A stretch of 43,105 nucleotides of DNA from Corallochytrium limacisporum Hawaii (lineage: Eukaryota; Protista; Pluriformea), in assembly GCA_002811645.1 (NCBI GenBank), contig PDIP01000189.1, positions 1 through 43,105 of the forward strand. The letters are read 5' to 3'. The number at the start of each line of letters is the position of its first letter. Within the stretch, counting starts at the first letter, position 1. A program made the translations under genes and the position numbers. Positions 33,129 to 43,105 of this stretch are shown in pieces. The notes under the pieces are model-generated. The model made no database searches. It worked only from the letters and a program-made list of their open reading frames with translations, and had not been told where the DNA came from.

Positions 33129-34598
33129 ATGACGTCACCAATCCCATCGTTAATGGTGCAAGGCACAGCGTCTGATGCTGGTAAAACTGTACTTGTCGCA
33201 GGGTTATGCCGCGTGTTAGCCCGCAGGGGGATAAAAGTTGCCCCATTCAAGCCACAGAATATGGCATTAAACAGCGCTGTGACAAAAGATGGAGGGGAAA
33301 TCGGACGTGCACAAGCAATGCAGGCACATGCATGTAATGTTGAACCGACTGTTCACATGAACCCAGTGTTAATCAAGCCAAATAGCGACATAGGGGCGCA
33401 GATAATTTTGCAGGGCAAAGCACACTCAAATATGGATGCGATCGGGTTTTATGATTACAAAAAATTTGCCATGAAAAGCGTCTTGGACTCATTTTCTCGA
33501 CTCACACAAGAGTTCGACTCAGTTGTAATCGAGGGTGCGGGCAGTCCGGCAGAAATCAACTTGCGTGAGAATGACATCGCCAACATGGGGTTCGCTGAGG
33601 AAGCAGATGTTCCAGTCATCATCGTTGCGGATATCGATCGTGGCGGGGTATTTGCTCATTTGTATGGCACTCTCGCTTTGCTGTCGGAATCTGAGCAAGC
33701 ACGAGTGAAAGGGTTTGTAATCAACCGGTTCCGTGGTGACATCAGTTTGCTTCAGTCAGGATTAGATTGGCTCGAAGAAAAGACGGGAAAGCCAGTTTTA
33801 GGCGTGCTGCCCTTTTTGCATGGACTGAACTTAGAAGCGGAAGATGCCATCGCTGCTGATCAGGAGCTTGCCGCGGACGTTAAACTTCATGTTGTGGTGC
33901 CAGTGTTGACACGCACTAGTAATCACACGGACTTTGATGTTCTTCGCCTCAATCCTGACATTGATCTGCGCTATGTAGGGAAAGGAGAAAGACTCGACAA
34001 AGCTGACCTCATTATCATACCGGGCACAAAATCAGTACGTGATGATCTTGAATACCTGCGAAGCCAAGAGTGGGACAAAGACATTTTTCGCCACATTCGC
34101 TTAGGTGGCAAAGTTGTGGGAATTTGTGGTGGCTTTCAAATGCTTGGAAATTGGATTGAAGACACAAGCGGTATAGAGGGACAACCAGGGAAGAGCGAAG
34201 GACTAGGTCTGCTCGACATGTGTACTGTACTCTCTGATAACAAGCACCTATCCCACACACATGGAACTCTTTCACTGAACGGGAGAGAAGCTAGAGTTAA
34301 AGGTTACGAGATCCATGTTGGCAGAAGTGATATTCAAACCACTCAACCGATGAAACTAGTTTCGGGAGAGAAAGAGGGAGCATTAAGCGATTGTGGACAG
34401 ATACTTGGCACGTACCTTCACGGCTTATTCGACGAATCTGAGGCCCTCGACCTCATTTCCGAATGGGTCAACGGAACTCAAGTGAAAATACAAAGCTTTG
34501 AAGATTTGAAAGAGCTAGGCATTAATCGCATTGCCGACGCCATAGAGGAACACTTGAAACTTGACTTTCTCTTCGAACAAGGACAGTGTTCCGCTTGA
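33129..34598 (+). CDS. cobQ: Cobyric acid synthase (adenosylcobyric acid synthase, glutamine-hydrolysing)
   Basis: [14 protein letters not shown]-loop, [45 protein letters not shown] (catalytic Cys), GYEIH, GTYLHG (catalytic His). Full length, 489 aa. Confidence 0.97.
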   Translation: MTSPIPSLMVQGTASDAGKTVLVAGLCRVLARRGIKVAPFKPQNMALNSAVTKDGGEIGRAQAMQAHACNVEPTVHMNPVLIKPNSDIGAQIILQGKAHSNMDAIGFYDYKKFAMKSVLDSFSRLTQEFDSVVIEGAGSPAEINLRENDIANMGFAEEADVPVIIVADIDRGGVFAHLYGTLALLSESEQARVKGFVINRFRGDISLLQSGLDWLEEKTGKPVLGVLPFLHGLNLEAEDAIAADQELAADVKLHVVVPVLTRTSNHTDFDVLRLNPDIDLRYVGKGERLDKADLIIIPGTKSVRDDLEYLRSQEWDKDIFRHIRLGGKVVGICGGFQMLGNWIEDTSGIEGQPGKSEGLGLLDMCTVLSDNKHLSHTHGTLSLNGREARVKGYEIHVGRSDIQTTQPMKLVSGEKEGALSDCGQILGTYLHGLFDESEALDLISEWVNGTQVKIQSFEDLKELGINRIADAIEEHLKLDFLFEQGQCSA

Positions 34599-35107
34599 AC
34601 TATCAATTGGGCCCCGGGCCGCTCCACCCCCGCCGCCCTAATCAGCACAACCCATCGTGGCGTGAGCGTAGAGGGTAGTCCTCCGCGTTTCCACACGAAC
34701 TCGCTATAGTGGAGACACTACGCATAGAGCAGGGGAGGGGGGGGTAAGACGGGAGTACCTGAAGGGGACCAAGGTTATCACCGTGGATCCGTGCCAATTT
34801 TTCGGGCTCGCACAGGCTCCTACTGAAGCCCCCCTCCCCCTTCTCATCGGGCGGTCTTGGCCAACAGTGTCCTTTGCCTGCCGGGAATTTGACTTTCCGT
34901 CCGTACGAGGGGAGGACTTACGGCCGGTGACTATGGGGCCGGCGGGTCTCTCCAACCAGACTGGCTAGTCTACGCACTTCTTTGAGTTGCTATTTCAGGG
35001 ACACTTTTTGGTTTCCAGCGAAGGCTTCAAAGATCAGTTTGTACTGTCAATAATGTTAAATGTATATATAGAGAACCATTTTGGCTCAAAATCTTGGAGG
35101 AAGGGTG

Positions 35108-36133
35108 ATGGCGAAGGAAAGAACTAGCGCCCTTTCTCACCCTGAAGCGGAGGGTATCCCAGTCTTGGACCTGAAGCTTGCCTTCTCCTGCAAGGCGTAT
35201 AAGCAGCAGAGTGCCAAGGAACTACATGAAATTTTGAGAAGTATTGGTGTTCTGGCCCTGAAGAACCATGGCATGGATCTGAATGCCAAGAATGAAATCG
35301 AAACGGCCGGGACTAAGTTCTTTCATCTCCCCCAACAGATCAAAGGGAAGTACGCCGCACCACTGGAGACTTTCGAAGGATACTACAAAGCAAACCGAGG
35401 ATATCATTGTCGGTGCCGCGGGAAGACCAACACAAGTCCCGATACCAGCGAAGGCTACGTAAGGGAATCATACCAGGCACCAGTGCGAAATGACGAAGAT
35501 CAATCCATGTGGAGCCGGGAAATCGAAGAACTCGAGCCCGCCGTGCAAGCATGGATACAGGAGTGTCGCCATGTCGGGATGAAGATGAACCGTTTACTAG
35601 CCTTATCTCTTGACCTTCATGAGGAGTACTTTAATCGTGAACTATTCTTAAACGGCAGGGGTTTGGGCTGGGAGGATTTGCGATTCCAGTACTATCCTGA
35701 GGAATTGTACACGACCAGTGAAAAGGGCACCACTAGCATGGGCGCACACACTGACATCGGATGGCTTACCTTGCTCGCTTTCAATGGTGTCCCCGGACTG
35801 CAGATCTGTACCGTGGAGAAGGAGTGGATCAATACCAACAACGTCACGAAAAACATGGTCATTGTTATTCCAGGTGACTTCGTCCATATACTCACCAACG
35901 GCCTCTATCACAGTCCTCTTCACCGTGTAGTAAACCCCACTGGTCAAGAACGAATCTCCTTTCCTATGTTCTTTAACCCAGACCTTACTTTGATTGGAAA
36001 ACCCATTCCGGAACTGATGAAGGACGACGAGGAGCCTAAGTTCGTAGCCAAGACATTTAACGAGCACATAAAGGACCACCGAAAGGACTACCGAAAACCT
36101 AGACGGCATGAAGTGCCATCCAGTCTAGAGTGA
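35108..36133 (+). CDS. 2-oxoglutarate/Fe(II) dioxygenase (DIOX_N + 2OG-FeII_Oxy, IPNS-like)
   Basis: IPVLDL, LKNHGM, FFHLP...K, YYP, AHTDIG.LTLL, GLQI, HRV and RIS(F) give the HxD...H and RxS motifs. First ATG 35108, with TATATATA ~40 bp upstream. Confidence 0.93.
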   Translation: MAKERTSALSHPEAEGIPVLDLKLAFSCKAYKQQSAKELHEILRSIGVLALKNHGMDLNAKNEIETAGTKFFHLPQQIKGKYAAPLETFEGYYKANRGYHCRCRGKTNTSPDTSEGYVRESYQAPVRNDEDQSMWSREIEELEPAVQAWIQECRHVGMKMNRLLALSLDLHEEYFNRELFLNGRGLGWEDLRFQYYPEELYTTSEKGTTSMGAHTDIGWLTLLAFNGVPGLQICTVEKEWINTNNVTKNMVIVIPGDFVHILTNGLYHSPLHRVVNPTGQERISFPMFFNPDLTLIGKPIPELMKDDEEPKFVAKTFNEHIKDHRKDYRKPRRHEVPSSLE

Positions 36134-37569
36134 CTTCCCGATTTGCATCGAATCACCAAGTTTGGCATCTTGGGCGGGATTTAGGTTTAAGTTGAGCGAA
36201 AATCAAATGGTTGGTTTGCTGATGGGGAATATTCTTACCCTGTGCCTCCGGCCTAAACGGGGAACGGGAGTCCCTTTACTCCCCCACCCTCAGGAGGACC
36301 CTTTCAGTTCCGTTGCTGGAGTGAGACCGAGAAAGCCGGCATCGGAACGCAGAGAATTGATTAAAAACCAACTTCCCTTTTCGCCAGCGTAAATTAAACT
36401 GAACCCTCAATTAATCTATTTAACACTTTTTTCGCAGGCCCCAGGCCGCTGGTCCTCGTCCGAACGTAAAACACACACTCTACCAGTTAGTCCCTCCGTG
36501 ACCCCAAGGTCCCGGAGATAAACAGCCGCTGTCAATCTTTCCATATGAAATCTTTACCTCAGACTTCCTAGGTGATGTCTTTGTTGGCTACCAGGTGTCA
36601 CAACCATGTGTCCCGCCAGAGCTTTGCATGCTCTTCTCACCTAACACAAGGAAACCCCGGAACATTGCCGGCGAATCACCTTGGGCCTGAAAAGGGTTAA
36701 GAATTTCCGACCCTAGCCTCACCCTTTCTCGACTACGGCGTGGCTGCACTCCTTCTCGGAGACGTCCTTTGCACAATAGCCGATCCTGTGATGGAGAAAT
36801 CCAATGGAAATTGATACCAACTGAGAACCGAACTATTTACCCGTCGTACGCTAAACATCGTTAGATTTCGTAGTGGCCTCGGTCTGCCTACGCACGCAAG
36901 AAAGAGGCCATGCTCACCCTTAAAACTGTTAGTCGGTGAACCATTTTTCTATTGAGATCGAAATGTTCCGCTTAAAATCCCAAAAAACATAAAGGCAAGA
37001 AAAAAAATCTTGCCAAGAAGCTTCCTACCAAATTGCTTAAATTTTTCTGCACCATTTTCTCTCCAAACTTCAACGCCGAACAACCCTCGATCGCTCCTCC
37101 GTGTTCTACCGAATGCTCGGGGAGCTTCTAAAGAGAGATTCATCTGAAGATCACCACCAGTGGTGCGCAATTAAAGCCGGACACTCCAACACCAAAGAAA
37201 GAACGGGACCCGACCAGGGACTCAGTCGGAACAGTTTGTGGATGCTTACCCTGCGGGCTGACTTCAGAGCCAGGCACCAGGGATGGACCAGAAAAGGAAA
37301 CAAAATGGAACGTGTTCAACTACCTACCCAACACGCTACTCTAAGTATTCCTGCCACGCCAGGGACCACGGTGGGCAATGAATTTCTCTGGGTACACAAT
37401 CACCTCATTACCACCACTCAGAGTACATGGTTTTGTCCTGGACGGCACAAGTTGGTTCCCTGAAAGGTGCGAAGAAATACACGATGATCCACACATTAAT
37501 GATCTAAGAGCCCCCCCTTCGGCTCTCAATGGCGATAGACCCCCCCACCAAAACCAATTCCCAGGAGAT

Positions 37570-37573
<4 letters not shown>

Positions 37574-37604
<31 letters not shown>

Positions 37605-37608
37605 CTCG
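37574..37608. repeat. (CT)n microsatellite
   Basis: Direct reading. Confidence 0.9.
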
Positions 37609-38365
37609 CCCTCCTTGAAACGGGAGGGATGGGGTATTTTCGCCCCCCCCCCCCAACACCCAAGAGGGGCCAGTGTTAGAGCTTGTTACCAGCGAAGCCT
37701 GGTGCCATAAGCTTTAGAACGCCCACCCCGCATTTCCGGAGAGCCCGTGCCGCAGAACCGTGCGCGACAGGGTTCTCCACTGAAGCGGAAAAGGATGAGC
37801 ACCACACAATTTTTTTTTTGCTCTTCAAGAGCAAGTTATGCTAATTTTTGGTGAACATATCCTGTTTGGTCGCAGTACTGTCATGGAAACGTTCTTGAAT
37901 TCCTAGTGAACCGGTGTGGCCGCATGGTCTTTGTCATGCACCAGAAATTGAACCGTGAATTCACTTTCAGTTTTGGCGGCAGTGTCTCAATCATGCTCTC
38001 CATAGGCATGAGTTCCCAGTGAACCGCCCGTTCTTCACTGCAGCAATCTAGTTTGTCATGGTCCCCGAACGCTAAAAATTTTGGACGCAGTGCGCATAGT
38101 CGCAAGTGGGCGTGACCTCCTTCCCGCGACGGTTCTATTTTGGTTTTCATCCTAAAATCCAAGGTGAAGAATTCCGCCCGCAGTGTTGAGTTGCCATCAT
38201 ATGGCACCGGTCACAGTCTCTGGGTTCCTGACCCCGCTACAATTTTGGGCTATTGCATCGCTTCCTTGATACTGGTTCCATCAAACCCGGTTTCACTAAG
38301 AGAATGACTAGATGTTGCGGCACTCCGCACAGGGGCCTCGATTTAACCGGGACCGGGTTGGGGTG

Positions 38366-38573
38366 NNNNNNNNNNNNNNNNNNNNNNNNNNNNNNNNNNN
38401 NNNNNNNNNNNNNNNNNNNNNNNNNNNNNNNNNNNNNNNNNNNNNNNNNNNNNNNNNNNNNNNNNNNNNNNNNNNNNNNNNNNNNNNNNNNNNNNNNNNN
38501 NNNNNNNNNNNNNNNNNNNNNNNNNNNNNNNNNNNNNNNNNNNNNNNNNNNNNNNNNNNNNNNNNNNNNNNNN
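38366..38573. other. Assembly gap flanked by G-rich sequence
   Basis: N run. Confidence 0.99.
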
Positions 38574-39050
38574 GGGGGAGAGAGCGGGGAAGCGATGGGT
38601 TTCTTGAGAAGTAGTAGGGAGAGAGGCAGGCCGTGAATTTGTACGGAGTGGGAGGCTAAACGAAGCAGGATAGGGGCTGGTTAGATTGAACACACACACA
38701 CACACATATGTGTGTGTGACAAACAGAACATTCGAATACCCCGGAAACCGGTCATTACTTGTGTCATTTATACCGTTTGGTTCTTTTGGTTTTCCTTTTC
38801 TAAACACCGTAACTTCTTTTGGTTTGGTGCAGTTGATGAAATGGAACATAGGCACGAGCTATGATAGTGACAATGCACCAAGGAAACCACAAGGTCCTTG
38901 TTGCACATAATAGCATTCATTTAGGACAATCTTGGCCGACCTACCTCTATTTTCTCTGGAATATTAGCATATGAAAAGGTGAGATCCGCTGTCGAAATAT
39001 GGCATGAACTGAACGTCCTGGAGAGCTGGAATCTGAACGGTTGCTGTGAA

Positions 39051-39059
39051 GGTATTTAA
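39051..39059 (+). promoter_or_regulatory. GGTATTTAA TATA-like motif followed by GATCTCGATC
   Basis: ~125 bp upstream of thaumatin ATG 39185. Confidence 0.55.
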
Positions 39060-39184
39060 CCAGGAGGATCTCGATCTGTTGATGACCCTGTGTCGCTCCA
39101 TACCACACAGTTTGATAAAATCACGTTGGTGCAAGAAGTTTCTCTAAGTCATCGGCTGTAAGAGTGCAATTCTATTACTCCAAA

Positions 39185-40843
39185 ATGTCTCAAATGAACC
39201 AATCGGTGTGCCATTGTCCGGCACTGACTAGTTTCCAGAGACCTATCGCCATCCTTTTCGTACTGGGACTCTGCATGGGAACGAATGCCAGTCCTGTCAA
39301 CTCGGGTTCTTGTGCACTATCTCAGCGCTCGTTCAATTTTGTGAACAATTGCAATGAGACCATTTGGATAGGAGCAACGGGTCTTGCTGCACCTTCAGGA
39401 TGGGAATTGAGGGCCCACTGCACGAGTGATGCAGACTGCTCACAAGACCAAACTTGCAATGCCAAGACGCAGCAGTGTCAACTTACCGTATGTGCAGATG
39501 AATCGTTTAGTGGCAGGTTCTGGCCTCGCACAGGTTGCGACTTTAATGCGACCGGTGTCTGTGAATCTGGCCACAACTGCTGTGCTACCGGCGGTTGCAC
39601 TGGTAACCGGGGTTGGGGCCTCGAGTGCACCGGCGGCGGGCAAAGTCCGTTGACAACGGCCGAATTTACGGTCAGCCAGACAAAGCCAGACTTCTATGAC
39701 GTGAGTGTCATTGATGGCTTTAATGTTGGAATCGAAATCCAGCCTATCGGTGACATTCGATCCTGCCCGTTTCAAACGAAAGAGCAGTGTGATTATTGGT
39801 GCGGCAACCCAGGAGGCACGACCTCCAAGACCGGTCTGGAAGTTTGTAAGTGGGATGCTGTGTTGAACAAGGCCAATCACTGCCATGGACATCCCGAACT
39901 GCGTGTAGTCGAGCCATCCTCGTGTCAAAGAGACTCAGACTGTGCTTCCGGTCACTGCAACCTCGGCACCAATGTCTGCGTATGCACGGATGATAACGGA
40001 TGCGGCGATGACGAGGTTTGTGGAGTAGGCAACAATGAGATCATTGGGTATCGCACTTGTGGTAAGTTTGTTGGATGCACAACTGGTAAAGCACTGTGTG
40101 GAATTGGTGCCTACTTTAACCATGGAAAGAAAGGGGATCCTTGTTCAAAGGGCTCGGATTGTGCTAGTAACACGTGTCAAAACAACAAATGCACGCAATC
40201 ACCCATTGATGAGCTTGATTGCAACAAGATGTACCCTAGAACAGCACAATGTAGCAAAGCCGAACATTGTCCCGCTTTGGTAGGCATGAAATTTGACGAT
40301 CGGAAATCCTGCACTTGTCCTTCTGGAACCGTTTGTGACCAGATTGGAGACAACCAGGGAAAGCCAATCTTTGGGTGCCGAGAAACGTGCAGCAACGGGA
40401 AGTGCATTGGCGCGGCGTGTACAAGCAATGACGATTGCACAACGTTCAACAAAAAGTCCACCGGAACGTTCTTGCTGTGCGACACGAGCTCCAAGAATTC
40501 TCCAACATATCAGCGGTGCGTTTCGACGAATGCAAGCCTCTACTCGGCTACTGGAAACAATGGTCAATCATGTTATAGCGATGATGACGACGTCACATCC
40601 TTATGTGCCGGATGTCCCACGGAAACCGACCATGAGCAGCATGGGGTTTGGCCAACTCCCACAGCGTCTTGCAGGAGTAACAATCCTGACTGGGCACAGG
40701 CTATCCGGCCTTCACTTAGTAGCTTCAAGAGCGCGTGCCCTACGGCCTACAGCTTCCCTTTCGATGATCCGACGAGTACGTTCCAATGCCAGGGCAAGGG
40801 CGCAGACGTTGTCGGATATACGATTACCTTCTGTCCCGCCTAA
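39185..40843 (+). CDS. Secreted thaumatin-like (PR-5/GH152) protein with large Cys-rich insertions
   Basis: FVNNCNETIWIG, FSGRFWPRTGC, TTAEFT, DFYDVSVIDGFNV, FKSACPTAYSFPFDDPTSTFQC, YTITFCP. Hydrophobic signal segment IAILFVLGLCMGTNA. Confidence 0.92.
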   Translation: MSQMNQSVCHCPALTSFQRPIAILFVLGLCMGTNASPVNSGSCALSQRSFNFVNNCNETIWIGATGLAAPSGWELRAHCTSDADCSQDQTCNAKTQQCQLTVCADESFSGRFWPRTGCDFNATGVCESGHNCCATGGCTGNRGWGLECTGGGQSPLTTAEFTVSQTKPDFYDVSVIDGFNVGIEIQPIGDIRSCPFQTKEQCDYWCGNPGGTTSKTGLEVCKWDAVLNKANHCHGHPELRVVEPSSCQRDSDCASGHCNLGTNVCVCTDDNGCGDDEVCGVGNNEIIGYRTCGKFVGCTTGKALCGIGAYFNHGKKGDPCSKGSDCASNTCQNNKCTQSPIDELDCNKMYPRTAQCSKAEHCPALVGMKFDDRKSCTCPSGTVCDQIGDNQGKPIFGCRETCSNGKCIGAACTSNDDCTTFNKKSTGTFLLCDTSSKNSPTYQRCVSTNASLYSATGNNGQSCYSDDDDVTSLCAGCPTETDHEQHGVWPTPTASCRSNNPDWAQAIRPSLSSFKSACPTAYSFPFDDPTSTFQCQGKGADVVGYTITFCPA

Positions 40844-42130
40844 TGATTTTCTCTAGAGGTAAGCCTGGTAAATTCGGTGGAAACATTCTGTAATCAGAAG
40901 CTTAGAGACTCTTGGTCTGCGTACCTACACGTTGTGCATACTTAAGAGTTTTGCCATCACCGTGAGATGCGAACCTGTGTGACAGGGCATTTCTATACCA
41001 TCATATGGAATCCTGTTGCCGCACCGCACGAGTGAAACTCCTCTTTCAGCGGAAACTGCAGCCTCATAACACCATGATAGTGGACCTATGGATGCCGATG
41101 CTGATCTTTCCAGGCCTGCGGGAATATCGTGTAAGGACACTTTCCCAATGTGATCCTTGTCGATGGCCATGTCTCCGTCTAGCGGAGGAGCACGTTATAT
41201 CAACAGAATGTGGATGACGGCTCTAGAGTGGTACTACTATCTGTCTCCAACATGTAACACGCCGGACTAATTAAATGGAAACCTTGTACATCCGAAAACG
41301 CTCTGACCATGATTGTTCAAATATCACATAATCAATATTGACGTTCCATTAGCGATCACAGCCTCCCGTGCAAGGCTTCTTGCCCTGCAGCTTGCTATTG
41401 CCATTTGCGGCAAAATAGTCATCCTCTGTTGCCAATAACTCCCAACGAATTCGTAACAAACACATCTGGACAAGTCTCCTTCCGGGCCATCAAGCGGGGC
41501 TGACATGCTTTGGGTCAGAAAAGAGATCTCTGTCAATACGCCGCACGATTGCGACGTTCCTGCAAATAAAGCGGACAATGTTAGGTCTGGGCGTGGCGGC
41601 GGGGGATAACCAAAAAACTAATGTGTCCCCAACCGGCGTGCGCAAGAAAGTTTTACTCTCCATTCAGCCATTCTATGTTACCGTGGACCACAGATTTGGC
41701 GCTTTATCTCATCAGCATCGATTTCCGTTGTCCCAAAACCCTTCGCTTAAGAAAAACGAAAAGTTATGTGACTGGTGGAGTACTCATTAGGTCTCCATAT
41801 AGCAGTCGATGTGGTTGTCTAGCCTTCGAGCCCTTTGAAAGGACAAGGTACAATGATCTCACTCTCATCGTTCCTACGAACTTGGGGACAGATCCTACCA
41901 AACCTTCCTGATCTGGAAAATGTTTTGCATGCGCACACGACGGCGCTGCGGAGATTTGCAATGAAAGTACCAAAATATCAAAAGTCTAGGGCGCCATTGT
42001 ACCCCTGGTGCAACATCAATCAACATCTTCACAGCTTGAGAGAGTGATCAACGGGTTCAAGCACTACCAAACGGATGCCGTACCGTTGCCTTCTATGTCA
42101 TTGCCAATTGGGCGTGTTGCTCGGCACTTC

Positions 42131-43105
42131 GCAGAATATTGTGGCACTGTGCCATAGATCAGAAAGAGTAATCTTTCCATGAAAACACACACTCTCAATA
42201 TTTCCTGGCTCAGCCTGCGCACACCTCAACTAGCTTCTTGTGAACCACTTGTCGTGAATTATTGCGGTCGAGTGGAAAGATCTGACAAGGCCCTCTGTAT
42301 TCCACCCTGACTTCATGGCAATCACACATAATGGAGTGCTCGGTATTCTCCGCAAACGTCGTCTCCGATATTTAACCTTACACCGATCACTTCTCAATGC
42401 GACTCTGCCTTTGGACCTAGCCTGGTCGCTAGGCCAGGGCTTTTCCTTGGCGGATTTGGATGGTGCATTGGACGTTTTGTGAAGGCGGATTTGGATGGTG
42501 CATTGGACGTTTTGTGAATTCAGAAAGCAATCACACCGGGCAGGAGGATTGGACAGGGTTCTGTGGAAGGGGGCTTCGTTTCGAGGTTGTTGGTCGAGAT
42601 ACTGCTCGATTCATAAATGTAAGTATCCTCTGGCACTACTCAGCATATCACGTACGCTCACTCCTTCCGGTCAGGAATGGTCCGAGAATAGAAAAAAATG
42701 GATTGTAATTTGTGCCATCTGCGGACCAGCAAGCTGCTGGCAGAACCCGCTTGCACAGATCCCCGCCCTTGCCATCGAATCTGATATGATTTCGGTTCGT
42801 TGGTTACGTTGGTAACCCCCTAATACTTGTGCGCGCACACCCAGGACAGAATTCCAACTTGGACGAGCTGTTAGAAATTTTGCTACCACCGCACGTGCCC
42901 CCAGGGTTCACCCCATGGGCAAATTTCTTTCGCTACTTTCAGTACGGAGATCCCTTACTTTCTGGGCTTTGCCCGACTGCAAGGTTTACAGAGAACAAAT
43001 AGCCGATTGCTCTGTGCGCAGGCTGGGCCAGGAAATATTGAGAGTGTGTGTTTTCATGGAAAGATTACTCTTTCTGATCTATGGCACAGTGCCACAATAT
43101 TCTGC
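42131..43105. repeat. 93-bp inverted repeat (42131-42223 / 43013-43105) around a ~790-bp spacer
   Basis: The reverse complement of the last 93 nt matches 42131-42223 with one mismatch. The match runs to the window end, so the outer boundary is unknown. Confidence 0.92.
42449..42518. repeat. Perfect 35-bp tandem duplication
   Basis: ggcggatttggatggtgcattggacgttttgtgaa x2. Confidence 0.95.

Noticed and set aside
42449-42518. 35-bp repeat as a CRISPR array
   Set aside because: Two directly abutting copies, no spacers, no cas genes, eukaryotic context.

Overview
Eukaryotic (protist-type) scaffold segment with 11 intact-looking, apparently intronless genes, separated by long intergenic stretches containing microsatellites, G/C-homopolymer islands, four N gaps and several decayed gene relics. 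The left half holds a peroxiredoxin-like protein, a ParB/Srx-like protein, an SLC49/FLVCR-type MFS transporter, an AAAP amino-acid transporter and two divergent MARVEL-like 4-TM paralogues. The right half looks like an accessory or effector region. It has a tandem duplication (~22.5-27.2 kb / ~27.5-31.8 kb) carrying two secreted aerolysin/ETX-MTX2-like beta-pore-forming proteins whose central parts are nearly identical while the ends have diverged. Next to these lie at least one inverted, frameshifted third copy (~32.0-32.6 kb) that no single ORF captures, an intact bacterial, Vibrio-like cobQ (cobyric acid synthase), a 2OG-Fe(II) dioxygenase, and a thaumatin-like protein expanded by Cys-rich inserts. 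A GGTATTTAA motif sits ~125-145 bp upstream of four genes. The window ends in a 93-bp inverted repeat. All family assignments come from motif recognition by eye; no database search was run.
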